NCBI GenBank assembly: GCA_964434115.1
Contig: CAYSSX010000004.1
Coordinates: 175,688-239,687 of the forward strand
DNA length: 64,000 bases
Reading direction: 5' to 3'
DNA from: an uncultured bacterium
GTDB lineage: Bacteria; Omnitrophota; Omnitrophia; Omnitrophales; Aquincolibacteriaceae
In this document: positions 54,496 to 63,059 of the stretch, piece by piece
How positions within the stretch are numbered: the first letter of the stretch is position 1
How the letters are laid out: every line of letters begins with the position of its first letter
Position numbers and translations under genes: made by a program
Notes under the pieces: model-generated
The model's input: only the letters and a program-made list of their open reading frames with translations
Database searches by the model: none
What the model was told of the DNA's origin: nothing

Positions 54496-55752
54496 CTAGG
54501 TATTTTTGACCCGCCGGGCGGCTCCGGCCGCGGCCGTGACACCGCTCGACCAGGCCCATTGAAAGTTAAACCCCCCGATACGGCCGTCCACATCCAGGAT
54601 CTCCCCGGCAAAGAAAAGGCCCGGCTGCAGGCGTGATTCCATGGTGGCGTCATCGACTTCTGTCAAATCCACGCCCCCGGCCGTCACTTCAGCCTTGGCA
54701 TAGCCGGCGGACCCGCTGACCGAAAGAGAAGCCCGGAGAATTCCCTTCACCAGCGCTTCGCGTTCCTCCCGGGACACCTGATTCATAATCCGGTTCTCCG
54801 GAAGCCCTGCCTTTTTAATCAGCATGACCGCCAGTTTTTCCGGAAGTTCCAGGGCCAGAAAATTTTTCACCATCATTTTCGGATTTTCTGAGAGGGCCCC
54901 GGCCAGCGCCTTGCGTAAATCATCTTCATGAAGCGCGGGCAGAAAATTCGCGGTCAGAACCGCGGACGCATCGTTAAGACGGATCCAATGCCTGCTGATA
55001 TTCAAAACCACAGGGCCGCTGTAGCCCGTATGTGTAAAAAGAAACGAGCCTTCATACTCGACGTTTTTTTCTTTTCCCGCGTAAAGCGTGAGGCGCACCG
55101 GTAAGGTCACGCCGGACAGGCTTTTCCAATCCGCATCAGCGGTCAAAAGCGGGGTCAGCGAAGGCGATGTCGGAATAAGCGAATGCCCAAAGGCCTGTGC
55201 CAGCGCGTAACCCGATCCATCAGAACCGCTGGTAGGAAAAGACAACCCTCCGGTGCAAAGCACCACGGTTTTCGCCTGACACACTGCCCCGGCCTGGGCT
55301 TTCACGTTAAAAACAGAACCTTCCCGCTGAACACTCTCCACTTTAAAACCGGTCACAAGATTGACACCTATACGGGCCGCTTCGCGCGTCAGTGCTTCAA
55401 GCACCGTACGGCCTGAATGCGTGGCCGGAAAATACTTTCCGCCCGGTTCCAGCACCAGCTCCACCCCCAATTTTTGGAAAAACTCCACGGCCTTAGGCGC
55501 GGGAAAAGCCCTCAGCACATTCCTCACCTGCCTGATCTGCATGCTTTGAAAATCCCGCTCGCTGACCTTTTCATTCGTCACATTACAGCGGGTGCCGCCG
55601 GACATGAGAATTTTGGCGCCGATCTTTTCCCTTCCATCCAGAAGGAGCACGCTCAACCCCTGGGTTCGGGCCGAAATCGCGGTCATAAGGCCGGCCGCGC
55701 CGGCGCCTACCACCGCCATATCCGCCACTTCAGCCAGATTGTCTTGCATCAT
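54496..55752 (-). CDS. NAD(P)/FAD-dependent oxidoreductase, HI0933/BaiN-like family
   Basis: ...VVGAGAAGLMTAISARTQGLSVLLLDGREKIGAKILMSGGTRCNVTN...; likely start ATG 55752 (RBS GAAAGG). The ORF-track N-terminus MSPRYPVPLRKA (to 55788) is encoded by the repeat element. Confidence 0.85.
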   Translation of the reverse strand: MMQDNLAEVADMAVVGAGAAGLMTAISARTQGLSVLLLDGREKIGAKILMSGGTRCNVTNEKVSERDFQSMQIRQVRNVLRAFPAPKAVEFFQKLGVELVLEPGGKYFPATHSGRTVLEALTREAARIGVNLVTGFKVESVQREGSVFNVKAQAGAVCQAKTVVLCTGGLSFPTSGSDGSGYALAQAFGHSLIPTSPSLTPLLTADADWKSLSGVTLPVRLTLYAGKEKNVEYEGSFLFTHTGYSGPVVLNISRHWIRLNDASAVLTANFLPALHEDDLRKALAGALSENPKMMVKNFLALELPEKLAVMLIKKAGLPENRIMNQVSREEREALVKGILRASLSVSGSAGYAKAEVTAGGVDLTEVDDATMESRLQPGLFFAGEILDVDGRIGGFNFQWAWSSGVTAAAGAARRVKNT

Positions 55753-55765
55753 TGCCTTTCTTAAA

Positions 55766-55827
55766 GGTACCGGGTACCTAGGGGACACGTAACTTTGTTA
55801 CATTTCCCCAAGCAGGTACCCGGTACC
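55766..55827. repeat. GGTACC-type palindromic repeat element, full copy (GGTACCGGGTACC - GGGGACACGTAAC..GTTACATTTCCCC - GGTACCCGGTACC)
   Basis: Perfect 13 bp terminal inverted repeats; the central degenerate palindrome 55781..55809 is related to 10274..10299. Confidence 0.8.
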
Positions 55828-56442
55828 ATTTTATTTTCATTTTTACACACTCTTTACTTCAGTCCCGGGCCGGACCGTGCCGAAACATTAGATGCAACAA
55901 AGGAGGACATTATCGTCGAATTCGATTGGATTCTCCATCTCATGACCTTTCTTAATTGCCCTGAGAAAAAACCGCATGACCCGCGCGCCGAAGAGCAAGA
56001 GCCTTTGGCAGCCTGAAGCGGGCCGGCCGGAGCAGTCCCGTCCGGCAGCCGGCAGCGGCAAATCCCCTCACGAATCCCCATACCCTTTTTTCGAACGAGC
56101 GTCTTTTAACAGCGGGGGAATTCCCTTGTCTCATAAAAGGAGTTTCTCTGTCAACCTCCGGAGGCATCTCTATGACGAGCCTTAAACGTTTTTTCATGAT
56201 GCGTTCCCTGCTCAAAGTCAAAGCCCCGTCGAATAAATACCGCCGGGACAAAAGCTGTTAAAACAGAAGTAACCGCTCTTTAATCACCCTGTCAGGTTAA
56301 ACCCGCAGCATTTATTTTAGGCTGTCCCGGGTGGTGAATTTTATACCCTTCCCCGCGTCTTAAAGCTGGAGCCTTCCCCAAGTTTCAATTATAATGCGCC
56401 TTCTTATAAATGATGATTCGTTTTTTACCTGGAGCGCTTCCG

Positions 56443-57186
56443 ATGAAAAATAAAAAAATCTCCTCTTTCCTTGTTTTCTCCTTCATGATTTTTGCCTTTG
56501 CCGCAGCTATTCCCTTCGCGCTCGCGCAGGCCCCGGAAACCGCAGGAACTTCACCCTCGCTTTCAACCGCCATCAAAGGCATGACGCTTTGGCAGGTCAT
56601 TCAGGCCGGCGGCATTGTCATGGCGGCGCTCGGAGTCCTCTCTCTTCTGATGACGGCCCTTGTTATTTTTATGTTCCTGCGGTTCAATCAGGAAAAACTT
56701 CTCCCAGTTGAAAGCACCCGCCGCCTTATCGCCCTTTTAAGACAAAAGCGTTTCGACGAAGCGGAAAAGGTCTGCGCCACGGATGATTCCCCGGTCTCCA
56801 ACATTGTCAAAGCCGGGTTGAGCACCAAGGGTGACCTCAGCCTGTCGCGTGAGTATGTTGAAATGGCGGCCCGTAAAGAAGTGACTTCGCTCTGGACCCT
56901 CATGAACTACCTTTCCGAAGTGGCCCAGATTTCTCCGATGATGGGACTTCTCGGAACCGTGCTCGGTATGATCCAGGCCTTCAACACCATTGCCTTTGAT
57001 TCCGGCGTGGTTAAACCGATCATGCTTGCGGGCGGTGTTGCCAAGGCCATGATCACAACGGCCGGCGGCCTCACCATCGCCATCGCGGCCATGATTTTCT
57101 ATTCCTTGTTAAGACCGCGGGTTCAGAACATCACGAACCTGCTTGAAACCATTACCACCCAGATCTCGGAGAGTTTTTCAAAATGA
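56443..57186 (+). CDS. exbB: MotA/TolQ/ExbB proton-channel family protein with an N-terminal signal/extension
   Basis: ...MTLWQVIQAGGIVMAALGVLSLLM...SPMMGLLGTVLGMIQAF...; ATG 56443 has RBS GGAG. Confidence 0.85.
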   Translation: MKNKKISSFLVFSFMIFAFAAAIPFALAQAPETAGTSPSLSTAIKGMTLWQVIQAGGIVMAALGVLSLLMTALVIFMFLRFNQEKLLPVESTRRLIALLRQKRFDEAEKVCATDDSPVSNIVKAGLSTKGDLSLSREYVEMAARKEVTSLWTLMNYLSEVAQISPMMGLLGTVLGMIQAFNTIAFDSGVVKPIMLAGGVAKAMITTAGGLTIAIAAMIFYSLLRPRVQNITNLLETITTQISESFSK

Positions 57187-57611
57187 TCCGCCTTGATCCG
57201 CCGGAGACACGCAAGGCTTTCCCCACCGTCCAGATCGCGCCTTTCATCGACATTGTTTTCATGACGCTCATCTTCTTCATGACGCTCTCGGTTTATTACC
57301 AGCTTGAAAACGAAGTTTCGATCAGCGTTCCGAAAGCCGAGGAATCCAAGGAAGTCACCCGCAGCCCGGGCGAAATTATAATCAACGTGGACAGCAAGGG
57401 CGCGATGATTGTCAACCAGCGGGTCCTTGATCAGGCGGGTCTGGCCGAAATGCTCAAACGTGTTTCCTCCCTCTACCCGAACCAGCCGGTCATTATCCGG
57501 GCGGACAGAAAAACCCATCATGAAAATGTGATGCGGGTCCTGGACGCCTGCGCCTCCGCGCATATCTGGAACATCGCTTTCGCCACTGTCAAAGAAGAAC
57601 CCAAGCATTAA
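57183..57611 (+). CDS. exbD: ExbD/TolR biopolymer transport protein
   Basis: ...APFIDIVFMTLIFFM... single TM plus periplasmic domain; overlaps the exbB stop. Confidence 0.85.
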   Translation: MIRLDPPETRKAFPTVQIAPFIDIVFMTLIFFMTLSVYYQLENEVSISVPKAEESKEVTRSPGEIIINVDSKGAMIVNQRVLDQAGLAEMLKRVSSLYPNQPVIIRADRKTHHENVMRVLDACASAHIWNIAFATVKEEPKH

Positions 57612-57631
57612 GCTCGATCTGAGGGCGTTCT

Positions 57632-60007
57632 ATGAGCCAAGAAAAATTCCGCTTTTTTTCAGCCATGCTTCTTTGCGCCTGTCTCCTGCCGCCGGCGGCC
57701 CGGGCCGAAGACCCGGCCCCTGTTCCTCCGGCCTCTCAGCCCGCGCCTCAACCGGAAGCCGGCTCTGACCGTTTTGATTTTGCCGACGGACTTTATGCTC
57801 GAAGCATGTACGACATGGCCGCGGCGGAATACGAGAAACTCATCGCCGAAATGCCCGCGCACAGCCGCGCCCCGGACGCATTGTTCCGCCTCGCGGAATG
57901 CTTCTTTTTCCTGGAACAAAATGATCAGGCCGCGGCCCTTTATGAAAAATTTATCGCCTCTTACGGTGACCGCCCGCAGGCTGAAACCGCGAAACTGAGA
58001 AGCGCGGAACTCTTTGAACGCGCGGGCAAAAATGAAGAGGCCTTGGCCGCCCTTGAACCTTTGACGCAAAGCGCCGCGGGCAGCATTAAAAACTCCGCGC
58101 TTTTCCGCAAAGGCAAAATTCTTTTCGGCCTGGGAAAATTCCCGGAAGCCGCCGCGGCTTTTGAACCTCTTGCCGCGGCCCCTTCCGCAGAGGACAACCC
58201 CTTCAACAGCATCGCGCACTACTACCTTGGAGAGATCGCTTCCAAGGGAAAAGATTTCGCGAAAGCCTCTGAACACTTTGAGGCCGCGCGGCAGACGGAT
58301 AAAAAAGACATGCAGCAGCTCGCGGGGTCCGGTCTCGGTCAAGCCCTTCTGCTGGCCGGCAATCTCGAAAAAGCCCGCGATGCTTTTTTTCAGGCCTATC
58401 AAATCAAGGCCGATCCGGCCGCGACCCAGGAAACCTTTTATTATTACGCAAAGACCTTGTATGACCTGAAGCAGTACGAAGAAGCCCTGAAAGCCATTCA
58501 AGCGGAGAGCGCTGCCACGCCGGCTTCTCCGCCCATCCGTTTCGTAGAGGCTGCCGCGCTCGAAGCCTTGAACCGTTCCCCTGAAGCACTCCAGGTTTTT
58601 GACGCGGTCCTGGCCATTCCGGATTTAAAGCCGGAAGAAAAAGAAACCGCGGAGCTTGGAAAAATCGAAACCTTTCTGCACATGAACCAGCCCGCCGAGG
58701 CCTTAAAAACCGCGCAGGCCGCCCCGCAGGAACGCGCCTTTTACAAAGACCGCTGGGCCTATCTCATGGCGGAAACCCTGCGCAGAAATAATCAGCCCAA
58801 AGAAGCCCTGACCTGGCTGGATAAAATGATGGCTGAATTTCCAGAATCCCCTTACACTTCGCAGGCCGCGCTGAACCGCGGTTACATTCTTTATGAAGCC
58901 GGTGACCCTCAAAACGCGCGCTCGGCTTTTGACAACTACCTTCTCGCCCATCCGGGTGACGCGGAAACGCTTCCCACTTTAAAGAACCGGATCACGCTGG
59001 ACATCAAACTCGAAGACTGGCAGGCCGCGATTCAGACCTCCACCACGTTTCTTGAATTGTTCGGCACCTCTCCCGAGGCCCAGGATGTTCAAGCCCAGCT
59101 CGCGTCCCTATACCTCCAGGTTGAAGATTATGAGTCCGCGGTTAAAACCTTTGAGGCGTTTTTAATGCAGTACCCGGAATCCCCGAAAAAAGGCGAGATC
59201 CGTTTTTTTCTCGCTTACGCGAATCAATTGGCCGGGCATCTTGAAAAGGCCGTGAGTATTTACCGCGAAGTGACCAAGGAAAGCGTGACGCCGGACCTTT
59301 ACAGCGCGGCCCTGAAAAACACGGGCTACTGCCTGGTCCGCCTTGAGAAAATCAAAGAAGCCGCGGCCGCTTACCGCCGCTGGATTTCTGAAATTCCCGA
59401 CGCGGACGCAAGCCCGGAAGTTTTTTTCTGGCTTGCGGAACAGGAACTTCGCGACGGCGACGGCGACAACCTTTTAAAAGTCATGGAGGCCTTTCAAAAA
59501 AGACCCGGCTCTGAAACCTCCAAAGGCGCGGTCGAGTATTACCTCGGCGAGGCCTACCGTTTTAAGAAAGACGCGGATCAGGCCGTGGCTCATTACGATG
59601 CATCGCTCGCGGAACCCAATGACTACCGGGCCAAAGCAGTCTTCGGCAAAGCCCTCGCGGACGCCGTGCGCGGTCATTTCGATGAAGCCGCCGCGGGATT
59701 TGAAAGCGCCATCCATGAAGGCAGCGGCGACAACAACCTGACCCTTGAGGCCCGTCTTGAACTTGGAAAATTACACGCGGCCCAAAACCATTACCTGGAC
59801 GCGGCCAAGGCTTTTTTCGCGGCAGGCATTTTGTACGAAGATCTTGAGCGCGTTCCTGAGGCCCTTTTCAAAGCGGGTGAAATGTTTGAAAAGGCGGGAA
59901 AACCGCAGGACGCGGTGAAGGCTTACGACGAACTCATCAAACGTTTTCCGAATCATCCTTTGGCCAAAGACGCGGGCGCAAAATCCGCCGCCGCTCAAAC
60001 AGCATGA
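57632..60007 (+). CDS. Secreted tetratricopeptide-repeat protein (791 aa)
   Basis: Signal peptide, many TPR-like repeats. Confidence 0.8.
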   Translation: MSQEKFRFFSAMLLCACLLPPAARAEDPAPVPPASQPAPQPEAGSDRFDFADGLYARSMYDMAAAEYEKLIAEMPAHSRAPDALFRLAECFFFLEQNDQAAALYEKFIASYGDRPQAETAKLRSAELFERAGKNEEALAALEPLTQSAAGSIKNSALFRKGKILFGLGKFPEAAAAFEPLAAAPSAEDNPFNSIAHYYLGEIASKGKDFAKASEHFEAARQTDKKDMQQLAGSGLGQALLLAGNLEKARDAFFQAYQIKADPAATQETFYYYAKTLYDLKQYEEALKAIQAESAATPASPPIRFVEAAALEALNRSPEALQVFDAVLAIPDLKPEEKETAELGKIETFLHMNQPAEALKTAQAAPQERAFYKDRWAYLMAETLRRNNQPKEALTWLDKMMAEFPESPYTSQAALNRGYILYEAGDPQNARSAFDNYLLAHPGDAETLPTLKNRITLDIKLEDWQAAIQTSTTFLELFGTSPEAQDVQAQLASLYLQVEDYESAVKTFEAFLMQYPESPKKGEIRFFLAYANQLAGHLEKAVSIYREVTKESVTPDLYSAALKNTGYCLVRLEKIKEAAAAYRRWISEIPDADASPEVFFWLAEQELRDGDGDNLLKVMEAFQKRPGSETSKGAVEYYLGEAYRFKKDADQAVAHYDASLAEPNDYRAKAVFGKALADAVRGHFDEAAAGFESAIHEGSGDNNLTLEARLELGKLHAAQNHYLDAAKAFFAAGILYEDLERVPEALFKAGEMFEKAGKPQDAVKAYDELIKRFPNHPLAKDAGAKSAAAQTA

Positions 60008-61689
60008 AAAAAAGAAATCTCTTTGCGGTCTCCGCATCCATTTCTGTTTTCGTTCACGCGCTTCTGCTGGCCGCGGTTTACTTTCTCCAGCTCCCCGGCC
60101 TCACGGCAAGCATCACGCCGCCTTTGCAGCCCGAGAAAATTTTTCAGGTCAAAACCGTGACCCTGCCGCCGGTTCCTCCGGCCGAAAACGCGTCCGCCGA
60201 GCGCCGCACAGAAACCTACGTCCAGAAAGTCCAGTTTGAAAAACCTGCCGCGGGCATGGCGCAAAAAATTAAAGGGGCTTTGACTGAAGGCCCGCAGTTA
60301 AAAGCGCCGGAGAACCTGGCTCCCGCGCCTCTGCAGAAATTGACGCTTGAAGATTTCGCGCCGCGCAAACTCCCGTCTTTTAATGAGACGGGGGAATCGT
60401 TGAAAGAATCCGTCCAGCTTCCCAAGCGCCTCACGCCGGCCCCGTCCGCAATTCATCAGCCCGTGCTTCCGGTCTCGCCTGAAAAAATCCTTCCGGAGGA
60501 TGACGTCTTGGAAGCGCCGCAGGATTTTCTCGAACACATGCCGGCCTTTACACCGGAAAGCATTTCACGTTCGCCGGGCTCCAAAAAACTGACCTCGGAC
60601 GCGTTGGGAATTTTTTCCGGCAGCAGCGTCTATCAATCCAACCCGAACTTTCAGCCGCTCGACCAATACCTGGGCGTCAAGATTCAGACCTACCGCGACC
60701 CGGGCGACGGCCAGGGTTATTACCGCATTTCTATTTATCCTTTTGCCGAGGCCAAGGTCCTGACCGTTTTACCCAAGGAAGTTCTTTTCCTGGTCGACGC
60801 CTCGCTCAGCATTCAGGCCCGGCGCTTGTATGCCTTTAAAGAGGGCATCAAGCACGCCCTGCAGAATCTGAACCCCGGCGACCTTTTCAATATTTACGTT
60901 TTCAAAAATGACATTGCGCCTTTTGCTCCAAAATCCCTTTCCGCCGGCCCCGCGGAAATTCAAAGCGCCATGGAATTTCTGGACGAATTAAAACCCAGCC
61001 AGACCACCGATATTTATCAGGCCTTTTTTGATACGCTCCAGCAGCCAGCGCCGGCCATGCCCTCTTACATGATGCTTCTCAGTGACGGCAAACCCACGGC
61101 CGGTGAAGGCTCCACAACAAAACTCATCGCGGAAATCACCAAGGCGAACAACCACATCCGCCCCATCTTTGCTTTCAGCGGCGGCGCGCGCGTCAACCGC
61201 TTCCTGCTTGATTTTCTGGCCTATCCCAACCGGGGCTGGTCGGAATACGCGTCCTCCAACGCCCAGATCAAACAGCGGCTGATGGAATTCACGGATAAAA
61301 TCCAGAACCCCGTGCTCACGCATGTCCGCTATCAATTGACTCCGCTCAGTGAAGATGAGGTTTATCCCAAACACCTGACCGACATTTATCAGGACACGTT
61401 TTTCACGATTTATGGGCGGTTCAAGGATGAGACACGGTTTTCCGTGCGCGTCACCGGAGAGGCTGGGGACGTGAACAAGGAATTTATTTTTTCAGGCGAT
61501 TTGACTCAGGCCCCGCAGGGCGACCGTGACATCGCGCGTTTCTGGGCCTTTAACAAGGTCTATCACTTGATCAGCAAGATGGTGCTCGAAGGTGCCACGG
61601 ATGGGGAGAAAAAAGAAATTCAGGACCTCATCACTCATTTCCAGCTGGAAATTCCCTACAACATTGAAGAGATCGAAAAGAAAAGCTAA
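60004..61689 (+). CDS. TonB-anchor-like N-terminus fused to a von Willebrand factor A (VWA) domain protein
   Basis: N-terminal TM SASISVFVHALLLAAVYF (S-x3-H as in TonB anchors); Pro-rich linker; VWA ...VLFLVDASLSIQA...MMLLSDGKPTAG...; overlaps the TPR gene stop. Confidence 0.65.
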   Translation: MKKRNLFAVSASISVFVHALLLAAVYFLQLPGLTASITPPLQPEKIFQVKTVTLPPVPPAENASAERRTETYVQKVQFEKPAAGMAQKIKGALTEGPQLKAPENLAPAPLQKLTLEDFAPRKLPSFNETGESLKESVQLPKRLTPAPSAIHQPVLPVSPEKILPEDDVLEAPQDFLEHMPAFTPESISRSPGSKKLTSDALGIFSGSSVYQSNPNFQPLDQYLGVKIQTYRDPGDGQGYYRISIYPFAEAKVLTVLPKEVLFLVDASLSIQARRLYAFKEGIKHALQNLNPGDLFNIYVFKNDIAPFAPKSLSAGPAEIQSAMEFLDELKPSQTTDIYQAFFDTLQQPAPAMPSYMMLLSDGKPTAGEGSTTKLIAEITKANNHIRPIFAFSGGARVNRFLLDFLAYPNRGWSEYASSNAQIKQRLMEFTDKIQNPVLTHVRYQLTPLSEDEVYPKHLTDIYQDTFFTIYGRFKDETRFSVRVTGEAGDVNKEFIFSGDLTQAPQGDRDIARFWAFNKVYHLISKMVLEGATDGEKKEIQDLITHFQLEIPYNIEEIEKKS

Positions 61690-61694
61690 AAGGC

Positions 61695-62279
61695 TTAATC
61701 GGTCGAAGGTTCCCGCACCGGAGGCTGAATCATCTTGTCGATTTTTTGCGCCTCCCGGATTTCATGAGACCCTGACTTCAAATCAAAATCATTCTGATGC
61801 GGATTGGGTCTCGACTTCAGCCACACACCGGAAGCTGTTCCCGTAATCACCCCAACACCGGCCGCGCCGTAAAGACCCGCTCCCCCCGCCGCCCCTGTCG
61901 AAGCCGTCGCCGCGGGAATCGCGGTTGAAGCCGCAAGACTCCCCGCAACACCTACGGTCGCAAGGGTTCCCGCGAGAATGTAAACTTTTTTACGGTCACT
62001 AACAGGCCCGTGATACGGAATCTGTCCGGATTTTACTTTCGGGTCCAGCATGCGGTAGTCAGGCCGCGCGATCTGCTCAATCTTTCCGGTCAGCGCGGGG
62101 CTGGTGCGCGTGCCGTCTTTTCCAATAATCGTGACATAGGGTTTTCCGGTTTTGGGATGCTCGCGCACCGCCACCTGGGTCCCGGTAGGACGAAAGACTT
62201 CAGAGCCTTCCTCGGCCCGAATCCCAGGCTGAAAAACCAGAGAACTTACGAGAAAAAAAACTGCCGCGCGATTTTTCAT
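61695..62279 (-). CDS. Secreted Gly/Ala-rich hypothetical protein
   Basis: Signal peptide MKNRAAVFFLVSSLVFQPGIRA. Confidence 0.45.
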   Translation of the reverse strand: MKNRAAVFFLVSSLVFQPGIRAEEGSEVFRPTGTQVAVREHPKTGKPYVTIIGKDGTRTSPALTGKIEQIARPDYRMLDPKVKSGQIPYHGPVSDRKKVYILAGTLATVGVAGSLAASTAIPAATASTGAAGGAGLYGAAGVGVITGTASGVWLKSRPNPHQNDFDLKSGSHEIREAQKIDKMIQPPVREPSTD

Positions 62280-62902
62280 GGCTGAGGCGCCTCGGGCGCG
62301 GGAAATTTCCCGGTCGTAATTCCATCCTGCACATACTGCAGAACCGCGATGATATTTCTTTCAAGGGCCGCGTTGAGGTTCACTTCCGGCCCGCCCTTTT
62401 TCGCGAAAACTTTCTGGGCGTCACTCACGCCGCTGGATTCAAAATAACTCAGCACGTTTAAATTTGTGTCATAAACCACGGCCTCTGTGGTCAACGCCAC
62501 GGCCTGGCCTTTCAGGGTCACCCGATTCCCCAGGTCCTTGATCCCCACCACCACCAAATACGGAATCCCGTATTGGCGAAGCACATCCGGCGTGGGCTCC
62601 ACTTCCACCAGTACGAATTCTTTAAACGCGGCCTGAAAACCTTCGATCAGCATGGGCGCGTACGCCTCGCCCACATAATACGTTTGAGGGTCCGCGAATT
62701 TCCCTCCCCGGTTTGTTGACTTGTAAGTAAGGAGCTGGGGCGGAAGGTAAAGGGCCACGCGCTGGTCAAGCTCAGGCACTTCCTGCGCGAATTGCGCGGA
62801 AAGAATTCCCGGCGCGTGAATGTTCCAGCCAAAAAGAGTGGCGCATCCCGCGAGCAGCGGCAGCAGCAAAATCAAAAACAGTTTTTTATCGTTAAGTCTC
62901 AT
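62276..62902 (-). CDS. Lipoprotein (lipobox LLAGC), function unknown
   Basis: MRLNDKKLFLILLLPLLAGC... Confidence 0.5.
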   Translation of the reverse strand: MRLNDKKLFLILLLPLLAGCATLFGWNIHAPGILSAQFAQEVPELDQRVALYLPPQLLTYKSTNRGGKFADPQTYYVGEAYAPMLIEGFQAAFKEFVLVEVEPTPDVLRQYGIPYLVVVGIKDLGNRVTLKGQAVALTTEAVVYDTNLNVLSYFESSGVSDAQKVFAKKGGPEVNLNAALERNIIAVLQYVQDGITTGKFPAPEAPQP

Positions 62903-62929
62903 AAAATTAGGCTTTTACGGAATTTCTGT

Positions 62930-62979
62930 TTGACGCTCCAAGACTTCGTCCGTATATTAGACCGACTGATAGGTCTAAT
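62930..62979 (+). promoter_or_regulatory. Sigma-70-like promoter (TTGACG-17 nt-TATATT) with an overlapping palindromic operator ATTAGACC-N8-GGTCTAAT
   Basis: -35 at 62930..62935, -10 at 62953..62958, 8 bp perfect inverted repeat at 62956..62979. Upstream of the TolC-like gene. Confidence 0.5.
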
Positions 62980-63059
62980 AATACACCTTCCGGCTGAGAT
63001 CTGAAACTCCCCGTTCTTCCTCTCCGGAAAAACAAGCACAAATCTTATACGGCTGGCCC

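Noticed and set aside
62276-62280. One-nucleotide discrepancy between my manual position count and the ORF-track coordinates at the 61695..62279 / 62276..62902 junction
   Set aside because: Most likely my counting error within that sequence line. ORF-track coordinates were used for those two genes.
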